NCBI GenBank assembly: GCA_007376135.1
Contig: VMFR01000001.1
Span: forward strand, 9,259 to 73,258
Direction of reading: 5' to 3'
DNA: 64,000 bases
Source: Parcubacteria group bacterium Gr01-1014_31
GTDB taxonomy: Bacteria > Patescibacteriota > Patescibacteriia > Buchananbacterales > GWA2-38-13
A program made the position numbers and the translations under genes. The notes under the pieces were generated by a model that saw nothing but the letters and a program-made list of their open reading frames with translations, did not search any database and was not told the DNA's origin. This document shows, in pieces, positions 54,533-63,589 of this stretch. How positions within the stretch are numbered: the first letter of the stretch is position 1; each line of letters begins with the position of its first letter.

Positions 54533-55501
54533 ATGGCAGGACTGCCAAGGGTGATCGTCGTGGCGGGCCCGACCGGGTCGGGGAAGACCAGGCTGGCCGT
54601 TGCTTTGGCGCGCCGTTTTGGTGGGGAGATCATCTCCGCCGATTCCCGCCAGGTGTACCGCGGAATGGATATCGGCACCGGAAAGGATTTGCGGGAGTAC
54701 GGGGCAAGAATTCAAAGGGCAAGGGGCAAAAGGGAAAAGTTGGGAGCTGATTTCAAAAATTCATTCGTGCCGTACCACCTGATCGACGTGGTCGGCCCGC
54801 GGACCCATTTTACCGTGGCTGATTTTCAACGACGGGCGTATCGCGCCATCGGGGATATTGTGCGGCGCGGGAAATTGCCGATCATTTGCGGTGGGACCGG
54901 GTTGTATGTGGATGCAGTGGTGAAGGGGTACCGTTTCGGAGCAGCAAGAATCAAGAAACAAGAATCAAGGAAGTTGCGGCAGCGGGTCGAACGGTTATCA
55001 ACGCGGCAGCTCTTGGAACTTCTAAAAAAGATCGACCCGGTGACCTATCGGGTCATCGACCGGCGCAACCGGCGGCGGGTGCAACGGGGAGTGGAAATTT
55101 ATTACGCCACCGGCCGCCCCAAGTCGCTGGCGCTGGCGGCCCAGGCGCCGCAGTATGATTTTTTACAGCTGGGTATTCGCGTACCATCGGCGCAGCTGTA
55201 CCGGCGGTTGCATCGCCGTCTCGAACAGCGGCTGCGCGCGGGAATGATCGGCGAAGTACAGCGGCTTCATCGTTCGGGAGTCTCCTGGTCGAGGCTGGAA
55301 ACGTTCGGGTTGGAATACCGCTGGGTCAGCCGCTATCTGCGCGGGCAAGCCAGCCGTTTTGAACTTGAGCGCGGGCTTTTTTCCGATATCAAACAATTTT
55401 CACGGCGGCAGATGACGTGGTTTCGGCGGAATACGGAGCTGCGATGGGTGGCAAGCCTTCGCGGCGCCACGGCCTCCGTACGACGCTTCTTGCGTCAATA
55501 A
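54533..55501 (+). CDS. miaA: tRNA dimethylallyltransferase
   Basis: P-loop VIVVAGPTGSGKT, ISADSRQVYRGMDIGT; start ATG 54533. Confidence 0.9.
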   Translation: MAGLPRVIVVAGPTGSGKTRLAVALARRFGGEIISADSRQVYRGMDIGTGKDLREYGARIQRARGKREKLGADFKNSFVPYHLIDVVGPRTHFTVADFQRRAYRAIGDIVRRGKLPIICGGTGLYVDAVVKGYRFGAARIKKQESRKLRQRVERLSTRQLLELLKKIDPVTYRVIDRRNRRRVQRGVEIYYATGRPKSLALAAQAPQYDFLQLGIRVPSAQLYRRLHRRLEQRLRAGMIGEVQRLHRSGVSWSRLETFGLEYRWVSRYLRGQASRFELERGLFSDIKQFSRRQMTWFRRNTELRWVASLRGATASVRRFLRQ

Positions 55502-55533
55502 AAAGAGGCCCCGCCAGCGGATCACCGGCGGGG
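55499..55533. terminator. hairpin CCCCGCC / GGCGGGG shared by miaA end and the minus-strand small gene (T-tract on minus strand)
   Basis: 7-bp GC stem, 11-nt loop, flanked by A/T runs. Confidence 0.45.
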
Positions 55534-55554
55534 AAAGGTCGGGAGGTGACACAA

Positions 55555-55716
55555 TCATTCGATTGTGTCGTCTTCGTCATCATCGGGGTCATCACCGATA
55601 TCGATATCGGGCGGCGGGTTGTCGCCCGGGGATCTGGGTGGCGGGCCCTGAGGACGCAGCGGCTTGGGTTGGGGAAAGAGCGGTGAGGAAAGCTGAGGGT
55701 CTTTACCGGGCTTCAT
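55555..55716 (-). CDS. 53-aa Pro-rich / acidic small protein
   Basis: ATG 55716 with GGAGGA SD; MKPGKDPQLSSPLFPQPKPLRPQGPPPRSPGDNPPPDIDIGDDPDDDEDDTIE; low complexity. Confidence 0.3.
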   Translation of the reverse strand: MKPGKDPQLSSPLFPQPKPLRPQGPPPRSPGDNPPPDIDIGDDPDDDEDDTIE

Positions 55717-55885
55717 GGGGTCCTCCTTCGGTGAATGTGATATGGATCACCGACACCCTACGCCGTCGTTGACCCGTCGTCAAGTGCGCGCAGTCCGTAT
55801 TTACATCCGTGCGAGTATTTGTTACCATCTATTTTTGTACCCGTTCGTATTTTGGAGTATTCAATCCCGTGGTTAAGGAGGTTGC

Positions 55886-56167
55886 GTGGCACATTACCAT
55901 CTGACGGCGGCCGATTTCCGCCGTCTTCACGATAGTAAACGGCACCAGCCATGCCTGCTGCCGTTTGGGTTCTTTTCCCGCGAGCGGTTGGAGGAGATCG
56001 CTGCCTACAGCCGGTGCGCTTGGCAAGTCGAGGAGTTTTATTTCTGGTTCCCGGATTGTCCGGATGCCGACACGGTGCTCAGCCACCTGTCCCGCCCGCC
56101 GTTCAGCGCCGTCATTCCCGATGGCCGCACAAGTGATCAGCGGCTTACCAGCCTGCTCGATCCGTGA
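55886..56167 (+). CDS. 93-aa hypothetical protein
   Basis: GTG start 4 nt after AAGGAGG; followed by strong terminator. Confidence 0.5.
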   Translation: MAHYHLTAADFRRLHDSKRHQPCLLPFGFFSRERLEEIAAYSRCAWQVEEFYFWFPDCPDADTVLSHLSRPPFSAVIPDGRTSDQRLTSLLDP

Positions 56168-56182
56168 CCTTTTTCATACGAT

Positions 56183-56216
56183 ACGGCGCCACCTAGGTGG
56201 CGCCGTTCATTTTTGT
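56183..56216 (+). terminator. rho-independent terminator
   Basis: perfect 11-bp stem ACGGCGCCACC / GGTGGCGCCGT, 3-nt loop, TCATTTTTG. Confidence 0.75.
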
Positions 56217-56230
56217 CCAGACTTGGCGGG

Positions 56231-56659
56231 CTATTTTTCTTTGAAAAAGGTATCCACCGCCGGACGGTGCCAGGGCAGGAAGCGGAAGCGGCGGTAGTTG
56301 CGCCGGTTCAGCCAGGCATAGGATTCTTGGTGTTTGCCCAGCCGGACGCTGCCCTGACGCAGGTCGCAATGATACCCGACCAGCAGGACCCCGGCCTTTC
56401 CGGGGGCGCGGTGTTTGTAGACGACGAATGGTTGACGGATGCTGACCTTGGCGCGACTGCCGATCTCTTCATGGAGTTCGCGCCGTAGCGCGGTGGTGAG
56501 CGGTCGGGGAAACTCCCGGTGCTCCACGCGTCCGCCCGGCAGGTCCCACCCGTTTTTTCCTTTGCCGCGGATGACCAACAGCCGCCCCCGGGGGTCGGTG
56601 ATGAAGCATTTCAGCGCAACTTGGCACAGCTGGTGCCGTCGCGGTGTACGTTTTTTCAT
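56231..56659 (-). CDS. NUDIX hydrolase
   Basis: Nudix box GGRVEHREFPRPLTTALRRELHEEIG; start ATG 56659. Confidence 0.8.
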   Translation of the reverse strand: MKKRTPRRHQLCQVALKCFITDPRGRLLVIRGKGKNGWDLPGGRVEHREFPRPLTTALRRELHEEIGSRAKVSIRQPFVVYKHRAPGKAGVLLVGYHCDLRQGSVRLGKHQESYAWLNRRNYRRFRFLPWHRPAVDTFFKEK

Positions 56660-56748
56660 ATCAGCAGTATACCACGCAACCACTCGGCCGAAAAAAGAAC
56701 CCGCCGTAGATGACTTGGCGGGGTGTGTCGCATCGGCTTGATGATGCG

Positions 56749-56889
56749 TTAGGGTAACCGCCGAAGAATCCGGCGGCAGAAGGATTTTACGGCCCAGATG
56801 AAGAGCAGAACGGCGGCGCAGACGGCCAAGCCAATGAACGCCGACCACGGGTTGTTGGCCAGGGCCTCTTCGGTAACGGCAAGGAACAC
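56749..56889 (-). CDS. 46-aa hydrophobic peptide translationally coupled downstream of gatB
   Basis: AGGAGG overlapping gatB stop, 6 nt, GTG; one TM helix then RRILRRLP. Confidence 0.3.
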   Translation of the reverse strand: MFLAVTEEALANNPWSAFIGLAVCAAVLLFIWAVKSFCRRILRRLP

Positions 56890-56899
56890 GTTGTACCTC

Positions 56900-58441
56900 C
56901 TAGGGTTTGAGTTGCTTGACCAGGTGTTCTTTTACGATCGCGGGGTCAGCCTTGCCTTTTGCTTGTTTCATGACCTGCCCGACGAGAAACATGATCGCGG
57001 CTTCCTTGCCATTGCGGTAGTTGGCAACCGCCTCCGGGTTTGCCGCAACGACCGCGTTGATGATGTGCTCAAGGTCGGCGCCGCTCGCGGACTGGTCCAA
57101 GCCGCCGGCCTCAATGATCTGCGACGGGTCCTGGCCGGTGCGGTACATGATTTCCAGCACTTGCTGGGCGATGGTCGAGTTGATCTTGCCGTGGCCCAGG
57201 ATGGTGATGAATTCGGCGAAATTCTCCGGGGTCACGCGGCAGGCGGAAATCTCGGTCTTGTCGGCATTGAGCAGCGCGCCCAGCCGGTTGACCAGCCAGT
57301 TGACGACGACTTTGGTAAGTTTCCTGGTTTCGCTCGCTTCCTGCGCGTCGGAGTGCTGAGGCAGCGCATCCACCCACCCGCCGAGTTCCGACATCACGCG
57401 TTCGAAGTAGTCGGCCAGCTGCGGATCGTCGGTGAGCAGCCGAGCTTCCGCGGCGGTGAGCCCGTACTCTTTCGCATAGCGCGCGCGGCGAGCGATCGGC
57501 AGTTCCGGCAGCTGGGCCCGCAAGGTTTCTAGGTCGAATCCGCCGACCGCGCCGGGGGAGAAATCCAGCGGCGGAAGGTCGGGTTCGGGGAAGTAGCGGT
57601 AGTCATGCGCCTCTTCTTTCGTGCGTTGCTCCTCGGTCACGCCGGTCGCATCGTTCCAGCCGCGGGTGGTTTTGCCAGCCTCTTTGCCGGTACGGCCATC
57701 TTCGCGGTATTCGGTAGTCTGCCGCTTGATCTCGTACTGCAATGCCCGTTCCAGCGCTTTGAACGAGTTCATGTTCTTGACCTCGACGATGGGAGTGGCG
57801 GCTATTTTTTCTCCCCGCGCGTCCAATTCCCAAAGGTTGACGTTGGCGTCGCAGCGCAGGTGGCCTTTCTCCATGTCGGCGTCCGATATTTTCAGCGCGC
57901 GCATGATCAAACGAAGCTCCTGGAGGAAGATCTTGGCTTCCAGCGGAGAGCGAAGGTCGGGTTCGCTGACGATCTCCATCAGCGGCGTGCCTGCGCGGTT
58001 GTAGTCCACCAGCGTATGGCGGCCGTCGGGCGCGTGGATGTTCTTCGCGGCATCCTCCTCCAGGTGGATGCGGCGGATGTTGATGCGCCGAAGAACTCCG
58101 GCCTCATCGGTCACCTCGAGAAACCCGTTGACGGCGATCGGCTGGTCGTACTGCGAGATCTGGTAGCCCTTCGGCAGATCGGGGTAGAAATAGTTTTTGC
58201 GGTCGAATTTGGATTGCGGCGGTATCTGACATTCCAGCGCCATGCCCGCCAGAGCTGTCCAAACGATGGCTTGGCGGTTGGCGACCGGCAGCGTTCCGGG
58301 ATGACCCATGCACACCGGGCACACCGTGGTGTTGGCCGGCAGTTCTTCTCCCCGGTTGTCGCAGCCGCAGAACATCTTGGATTTGGTCTTCAGCTGAACG
58401 TGGATCTCCAGGCCGATGATGGGCTGCAAAGTGGTTTTCAT
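56900..58441 (-). CDS. gatB: aspartyl/glutamyl-tRNA amidotransferase subunit B
   Basis: N-terminal IIGLEIHVQLKTKSKMFC, GatB catalytic and YqeY-like C-terminal domain; start ATG 58441. Confidence 0.9.
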   Translation of the reverse strand: MKTTLQPIIGLEIHVQLKTKSKMFCGCDNRGEELPANTTVCPVCMGHPGTLPVANRQAIVWTALAGMALECQIPPQSKFDRKNYFYPDLPKGYQISQYDQPIAVNGFLEVTDEAGVLRRINIRRIHLEEDAAKNIHAPDGRHTLVDYNRAGTPLMEIVSEPDLRSPLEAKIFLQELRLIMRALKISDADMEKGHLRCDANVNLWELDARGEKIAATPIVEVKNMNSFKALERALQYEIKRQTTEYREDGRTGKEAGKTTRGWNDATGVTEEQRTKEEAHDYRYFPEPDLPPLDFSPGAVGGFDLETLRAQLPELPIARRARYAKEYGLTAAEARLLTDDPQLADYFERVMSELGGWVDALPQHSDAQEASETRKLTKVVVNWLVNRLGALLNADKTEISACRVTPENFAEFITILGHGKINSTIAQQVLEIMYRTGQDPSQIIEAGGLDQSASGADLEHIINAVVAANPEAVANYRNGKEAAIMFLVGQVMKQAKGKADPAIVKEHLVKQLKP

Positions 58442-58467
58442 ACGACAGTCAGGCGAAATCAAGGGTT

Positions 58468-58496
58468 ACCCTAGCACGGAAATTCGTAAAATGCAA
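58468..58496 (-). promoter_or_regulatory. sigma70-like promoter TTGCAT-N17-TAGGGT (minus strand) for gatB
   Basis: plus ATGCAA 58491-58496, ACCCTA 58468-58473. Confidence 0.45.
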
Positions 58497-58498
58497 AA

Positions 58499-58530
58499 TG
58501 AAAAAGACGGGCGAGTATCTCGTCCGTCGC
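58499..58530 (-). terminator. intrinsic terminator after tmk (minus strand)
   Basis: GACGGGCGAG / CTCGTCCGTC stem (1 mismatch), followed on minus strand by CTTTTTC. Confidence 0.6.
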
Positions 58531-58535
58531 GCTTT

Positions 58536-59198
58536 TTAGTGCACGTCCGGCGGGAGGTTGAAACGTTCCCGTACCGCGTTCCAGATCTCGGCATGGATCT
58601 CGATCGGCGGCAGCAGCACGCCGTCGCGGGTGCACTCGATGGTTTGCCAGCCGAAGGTTTTGGCCAGCGTCGAGCATTGGCGTTCGGCCGCCTCCAGGTG
58701 CGTTTGCTCGCGCTCCAGGCCGTCGGGGACCCGGCTGCGCTGTTGGATGAGCTGGAATGCCACCTGCACGGGCAGGTGTAAAAAAATGGTCAGGTCGGGT
58801 TTCGGTAAACCAAGAATTTCGAATTCCATCGCGATGTCCCAACGCCTGAAATCAGCCTGCTGCGAAGAGGGAAGGTTGGCCGTCTGGTGGATGAGGTTGG
58901 AGTAGACATACCGGTCCAGCACGATCGCGTGTCCGGTATCCATCCATTCCTGGATCTGCTTGCTCGATTCCCAGCGGTCCAGCGCGTAGAGCACCGAGGC
59001 CAGATACGGATTGACCGACGTGGGCGGGCCGAATTCCCCGTCCAGGTAGCGGCGCACCATTTTGCCAAAAAAATTCCGTTGGTAGCCGGGAAAGTCGAGC
59101 GTGCCGACGCTGTACTTGGCTTGCTGGAGGTGCTCCACCAACAGCCGGGTCTGCGTGGCCTTGCCGGAGCCGTCGATGCCTTCAATGATGATGAGCAT
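58536..59198 (-). CDS. tmk: thymidylate kinase
   Basis: P-loop IIIEGIDGSGKAT, DRY-like motif LDRYVYS. Confidence 0.9.
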   Translation of the reverse strand: MLIIIEGIDGSGKATQTRLLVEHLQQAKYSVGTLDFPGYQRNFFGKMVRRYLDGEFGPPTSVNPYLASVLYALDRWESSKQIQEWMDTGHAIVLDRYVYSNLIHQTANLPSSQQADFRRWDIAMEFEILGLPKPDLTIFLHLPVQVAFQLIQQRSRVPDGLEREQTHLEAAERQCSTLAKTFGWQTIECTRDGVLLPPIEIHAEIWNAVRERFNLPPDVH

Positions 59199-59207
59199 GG
59201 GTGGAGG

Positions 59208-59759
59208 TCAAGACGTACTGGGAGCAGGTGTGAGCGGAAATAGTTCGAGGTGAAGGAACGGAGCGAGCGCCGCGATGACCGCGTCGCGATAACCGACGGT
59301 GCGGGTGAGCCGGCCGTTTGTGATCAAGCCGAAATACCCTTGCTGTTGTTTGGAGTTTGTCATACCGAAGAGCTCGTCATCCACCGCGCCCAGCTCATCG
59401 CCGCGTTGCAGCCGGGCGACGATCGCTGGCGGCAGTGGCACTTGGAATGATGACCCTACGCCCAGCCGGCCGTTGCGGTCGACCACGACCGCCCACCCCA
59501 TGCTGAACCAGCGCGTACCGATGGATTGAACGCCGCCTTCAAGGCCGACGCCGAAATCAGCGTCGTGCTGGCGGAGCGCGAAATTCGCCCGGGCCAGCGC
59601 CCCGCGGATCGATTCGTCGCTACTCATTGGCTGGTCCGCAACGCCCGACGGCGCGGCCGCACATTCTACGCGTACGACCTCGTCCGGCCAGACCTTATTG
59701 AACGCATCCTGTACCGCCGCCTGTTTGACCGGATTGTTCGATCCGACGATCACGCGCAT
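59208..59759 (-). CDS. YjjX/Ham1-like non-canonical purine NTP phosphatase (DUF84-type)
   Basis: MRVIVGSNNPVKQAAV...; alignment to E. coli YjjX pattern; start ATG 59759. Confidence 0.6.
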   Translation of the reverse strand: MRVIVGSNNPVKQAAVQDAFNKVWPDEVVRVECAAAPSGVADQPMSSDESIRGALARANFALRQHDADFGVGLEGGVQSIGTRWFSMGWAVVVDRNGRLGVGSSFQVPLPPAIVARLQRGDELGAVDDELFGMTNSKQQQGYFGLITNGRLTRTVGYRDAVIAALAPFLHLELFPLTPAPSTS

Positions 59760-59763
59760 ATTG

Positions 59764-60189
59764 CTAGCGCCCCGCTTGCTGTAAAAAACCTTCCACGATC
59801 GGGCGCCAGCCATCGCCGACGTAGCCAACCGCCTGGAAATACGCCGCGCTGTTGCCGGCGATCAACGGTGACAGCCGGATGACAATATCGCGCCGGTACA
59901 TGCAGAGCACGGGAATTTTTTGCTGCAGCGCAACCGCGATTTCGTAGCCCGTGCCGAGGCTGGGGGTCGTTGTTTCCGCGACGAGGGCGTCAGCTTGGGC
60001 GAGTAACCGCATATCGCGGTCAAAGATCTGACGGTCGGTGCGCTCTTCCTCGTGGGCCAGCACATCTTTGGCGGTGACGTGCATGGTCAGCACCTCGTGG
60101 CCCAGCCTTGCCAGGTGCGCAACGATCTGCTGGTTGGTTGTCAGGTTGTCGCGGCCGCCCCGCATGGCGGCGGCAAAATAGATCTTCAT
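59764..60189 (-). CDS. nucleoside 2-deoxyribosyltransferase-like (DNPH1/Rcl family)
   Basis: MKIYFAAAMRGGRDN... N-terminal motif; start ATG 60189 overlapping thyX stop. Confidence 0.55.
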   Translation of the reverse strand: MKIYFAAAMRGGRDNLTTNQQIVAHLARLGHEVLTMHVTAKDVLAHEEERTDRQIFDRDMRLLAQADALVAETTTPSLGTGYEIAVALQQKIPVLCMYRRDIVIRLSPLIAGNSAAYFQAVGYVGDGWRPIVEGFLQQAGR

Positions 60190-61823
60190 GAGGCTCGTCG
60201 ATATTTTTTGTCCAGCTCGCGCTCCTTGACCCGCTGGCGCGCTTCGGAATCCGCGCGCGACCAGTAGTAGTCGGCGTAGTCCACGAACCGCATCATGTCC
60301 GCGCGCCACGGCGAGCGTTTTTTGATCTCGGCGTGCATCCGTTGCGACACCATGCGGTACTCCGGATGCCCTTGCGGCGTGGAGCGCAGTTCCAGCATGT
60401 GCATCAGGGCGCGGTCATTGGCGCCAAAGACCCAGCGTGTTTTATGGCCGTGAAGCACTGCGTACTGGGCCTCGGCGCGCAATCCGGCGGCGACCAGTTT
60501 ATCGTAGAGTGCGCGCACCGCATCGTCGCAGGAAATCAGCTTTGATTCCAGCTTGAGCTCCCGCAGTTCGTCCGGGACAAAGTAGCCGAGGTGCGGGGTG
60601 AACGGCTGCCACAGCTGGGTGCCCATGCGGTGCCGCTGCAGGTCCTTGAACACCTGGTAGGTGACTAGTAGGTCGAACGTGTAGGGGTAGCCGTCTTCCA
60701 GGGCGCGGCCGGGCCGATCGCGCCGTGTTTGGCGCTCACCCACGTAGGTCCGCCAGATGCGTTCACGGCCGGCCGGGGGGAGTTTGGTGATCAGCGTTTC
60801 CAATTGGGAAATCGGCAGGTGGCAGTGCGCGTAGAGCATGGCCGAAATCGTCCGGATGTCGCGCTTGGATTCCGACGTTACCAGCGGCAATAGAGAAACC
60901 ATGTCAGCCGGCTGCGGAACCATCCCTGTCGTCAGCTCGTCGGTCAGTTTCTGCATCGCGGTTTCAACGCCCGCCGCGTAGTCGCTGCGTTTGGCGCGCT
61001 TGACGTACTTCGGGATGATCTGGGTCAGGGCGGCGTGCGCTTGCCCGCCCATATCCTGCATCTCGCGCAGGGGACTGGTCAGAAAATTGGACACCATACT
61101 CTGGTAGAAGCGTCCGTTCCCAAAGACTCCAACGTTGTGGTGGGTGGACAGCGGCAGCAACACCCGCAGCGTGTCGCAGATCTTGGCCCGCAGGTCGAAC
61201 GTGTAGGTGCGCTTGAATGCCTTCACGTCGGCTTCGTTGACGCAGTCGGAAAATTTTTCTTTTTTACCGTCGCCGTTGATGTCGTACTCGGCCTCACCCA
61301 TGGGCTTGCGCGTTTCCAGGTACGCTTTCAGTACCGGCACCAGCTCGGCGTAGGTGGCAAAGCACCGGTCGGTGACGGTCGTAAACTCTTTTGCCAGCGG
61401 AGAAGAGAGAATGGTCGGGTCGCGGTAGTAGCGGAAGCGGCCCTGGTCGTCGGGCTGGTCGTAGTAGACGTAGCGCGTGGATTGCACGATGAACGCGCCA
61501 CCGATGCGGTGGTCGCAGACTGCCTTCTCACCGATGGCCGATACTTTCTCAAACGACACGTGCGCGCCTTCCAGCTCGCCCACTGAATCGTCGCCGTAGG
61601 CGACCAGTACCCGGTCGATGAGCTCCTGGGCGTGGACCGCGTCCACCGCGCCGGCCTGGATGAATTCTTTGAGCAGGGTCTCCTTAAAGCCGCCCGGAGC
61701 TCTGCTGTAGCGGGCGTAGACCGCGCCGACCAGGCCGTCCATGCCTTTGATGGCGAACACATCCGCCGTCGGGTCGGTCACGTATTTGGAGAGCAGCTCG
61801 AGTTGTTCCGGGGTAAAGGCCAT
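60186..61823 (-). CDS. thyX: flavin-dependent thymidylate synthase ThyX, unusually long (545 aa) two-lobed form
   Basis: ThyX signature FKDLQRHRM in C-terminal half; N-terminal half ThyX-like but degenerate; start ATG 61823. Confidence 0.8.
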   Translation of the reverse strand: MAFTPEQLELLSKYVTDPTADVFAIKGMDGLVGAVYARYSRAPGGFKETLLKEFIQAGAVDAVHAQELIDRVLVAYGDDSVGELEGAHVSFEKVSAIGEKAVCDHRIGGAFIVQSTRYVYYDQPDDQGRFRYYRDPTILSSPLAKEFTTVTDRCFATYAELVPVLKAYLETRKPMGEAEYDINGDGKKEKFSDCVNEADVKAFKRTYTFDLRAKICDTLRVLLPLSTHHNVGVFGNGRFYQSMVSNFLTSPLREMQDMGGQAHAALTQIIPKYVKRAKRSDYAAGVETAMQKLTDELTTGMVPQPADMVSLLPLVTSESKRDIRTISAMLYAHCHLPISQLETLITKLPPAGRERIWRTYVGERQTRRDRPGRALEDGYPYTFDLLVTYQVFKDLQRHRMGTQLWQPFTPHLGYFVPDELRELKLESKLISCDDAVRALYDKLVAAGLRAEAQYAVLHGHKTRWVFGANDRALMHMLELRSTPQGHPEYRMVSQRMHAEIKKRSPWRADMMRFVDYADYYWSRADSEARQRVKERELDKKYRRAS

Positions 61824-61827
61824 AGGG

Positions 61828-62259
61828 TTAGTGGCCGGTCGAGCCGAAACCTCCGCGTGATTTTGGCGCGACCGTGCTGACTTCCTCCCAACTTGCGCGG
61901 TCGATTTTGACGAACGTCCCTTGGGCGAACCGCACCCCGCGTTCCAGCGAGACATCAGTTTCTCCGTAATTGTAGACTGCCACGTGGATTTCGTCGTCGG
62001 GTCCGAAGTAGTCCTGGTCGATCAAACCTGGGGCATTGGGCCCCAGCAGGTTGAATTTTTTCGGCGTGCCAGAGCGCAGGCTAATGAATAAGGCGTACCC
62101 TTTGGGAACCTTGATAATGAAGTTGGTCGGCACGCGCCGGTAGCCGTTCGCCGGCACGACGGTGGTTTCTCGCGCGTAGAGGTCAAACGCGCACGCGCCG
62201 GACGTGTGGTAGTCCGGCAGCGGCAGCGTGGGGTCGAGGCGTTTGATCTTGACGCGCAT
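61828..62259 (-). CDS. dut: dUTP diphosphatase
   Basis: motifs GACAFDL, SRSGTP, GLIDQDY, RGGFGSTG. Confidence 0.85.
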   Translation of the reverse strand: MRVKIKRLDPTLPLPDYHTSGACAFDLYARETTVVPANGYRRVPTNFIIKVPKGYALFISLRSGTPKKFNLLGPNAPGLIDQDYFGPDDEIHVAVYNYGETDVSLERGVRFAQGTFVKIDRASWEEVSTVAPKSRGGFGSTGH

Positions 62260-62270
62260 GAAAAAAACCG

Positions 62271-62831
62271 TTAGCCGCGGCTGCGAATTTTCGTGAGGAT
62301 GGCGTCCAACTGCGCGTAGAGGGCAGGAAAATCGCCGTTATTATCGACGGTGAAATCGGCCGAGGACATGACCTCCGCGATCTGGCGTTCGGCTTCCTGC
62401 TGGCCTTCGCGGGCAAAGTCGGCGAACGTTTTGTGCTCGTCGTCGGGATTTTCGTTGCGTTGGGTGATGCGCTCGAACCGCACCCGCTCCTCGGCGCTGA
62501 TGCCGACCAGGAAAAAGCCCTCAATATTGCGCAGGAATTTGATATCCGGCAGCCGCCGCACGCCGTCCACCGTCACCAGCGCGCCCGTATCGGCCCCGAC
62601 GTCCTGGGCGATGGCGCGCGCCAGCAGATCGTCGCCGAAGGCCCCCCGGAGGGTGGACGAAACCTGCTGCAGGTTGTCGCGGGTGTGCGGCAGGTACACT
62701 CGGTTCAGGATGTCGCGCAGGATGGTGGAGAAACGATGGGAACGTGCGCCGTAGCGGTCAGCTAGATATTGGCAGCAGGTCCCTTTGCCTGACGCCATCG
62801 GTCCGACGAATCCCAGAATGATCTTGGACAT
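62271..62831 (-). CDS. P-loop nucleotide kinase (dNMP-kinase / adenylate-kinase-like)
   Basis: Walker A GPMASGKGT; located in a dNTP-metabolism operon. Confidence 0.5.
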   Translation of the reverse strand: MSKIILGFVGPMASGKGTCCQYLADRYGARSHRFSTILRDILNRVYLPHTRDNLQQVSSTLRGAFGDDLLARAIAQDVGADTGALVTVDGVRRLPDIKFLRNIEGFFLVGISAEERVRFERITQRNENPDDEHKTFADFAREGQQEAERQIAEVMSSADFTVDNNGDFPALYAQLDAILTKIRSRG

Positions 62832-62834
62832 AAT

Positions 62835-63380
62835 TCAGCGTCCGCCCGAGGGAGTAACGGTAAATTCGACGGGCGGTGCGGACTTGGTGGGAATTTCTTC
62901 GGTGAACAGGCGCGCCAGTTCCTGCTTCCAGGCGGGATTTTCCCGGTAGAGGTCCACCTGCAGGCCGGCGGATTTCAGGTAGTCGACCGCCTGAGTATTG
63001 CGGTAGATCCGGCCGATGACGACGCGGACGATGCCCGCCGCGACGAGGTATTTGCAGCAGTGGATGCAGGGACTGTATTTGGCGTACATCGTGGAGCCGC
63101 GCGTAGACGTGCCGCCCTGGGCGGCGGCTTGCAGAATGGCGTTGTGCTCGCCGTGCACCGTGCGCACGCAGTGCCCCTCTTCCAACAGGTGGCCTTCGTC
63201 GTCGCAGTGGGGGAGGCCCGGGGGCGAGCCGTTGTAGCCGGTCGAAATGATGCGTTTGTCTTTGACCAGGACCGAGCCGGCATGCAAACGGTCGCAGGTA
63301 GAACGCGTCGCGACCAGCATCGCGATCGCCATAAAATAATCGTCCCAGGACGGTCGGTGCGGGGCGCTGATCATACCCAA
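62835..63380 (-). CDS. dCMP deaminase (CMP/dCMP deaminase zinc-binding)
   Basis: RPSWDDYFMAIAMLVATRSTC, HGEHNAIL, SPCIHCCK. Confidence 0.85.
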   Translation of the reverse strand: MGMISAPHRPSWDDYFMAIAMLVATRSTCDRLHAGSVLVKDKRIISTGYNGSPPGLPHCDDEGHLLEEGHCVRTVHGEHNAILQAAAQGGTSTRGSTMYAKYSPCIHCCKYLVAAGIVRVVIGRIYRNTQAVDYLKSAGLQVDLYRENPAWKQELARLFTEEIPTKSAPPVEFTVTPSGGR

Positions 63381-63589
63381 TGGGAGTAGTCGGGAATCAA
63401 TTGGATATCAAGATACTACCCCAGAAATTGAGTCTTTTCAAATAAGTGAAAGCGCCTGACCAAGATGGACCAGGCGCCCGTAAAAACCAAATAGTACCGT
63501 CGTTACGGAGTTCTCAACACGCGCGCGGTGCGCATGCAAATTAATGAGCAAATAATTCCGGAAAATATTTTCGATTCCGTTGGTTCAGA

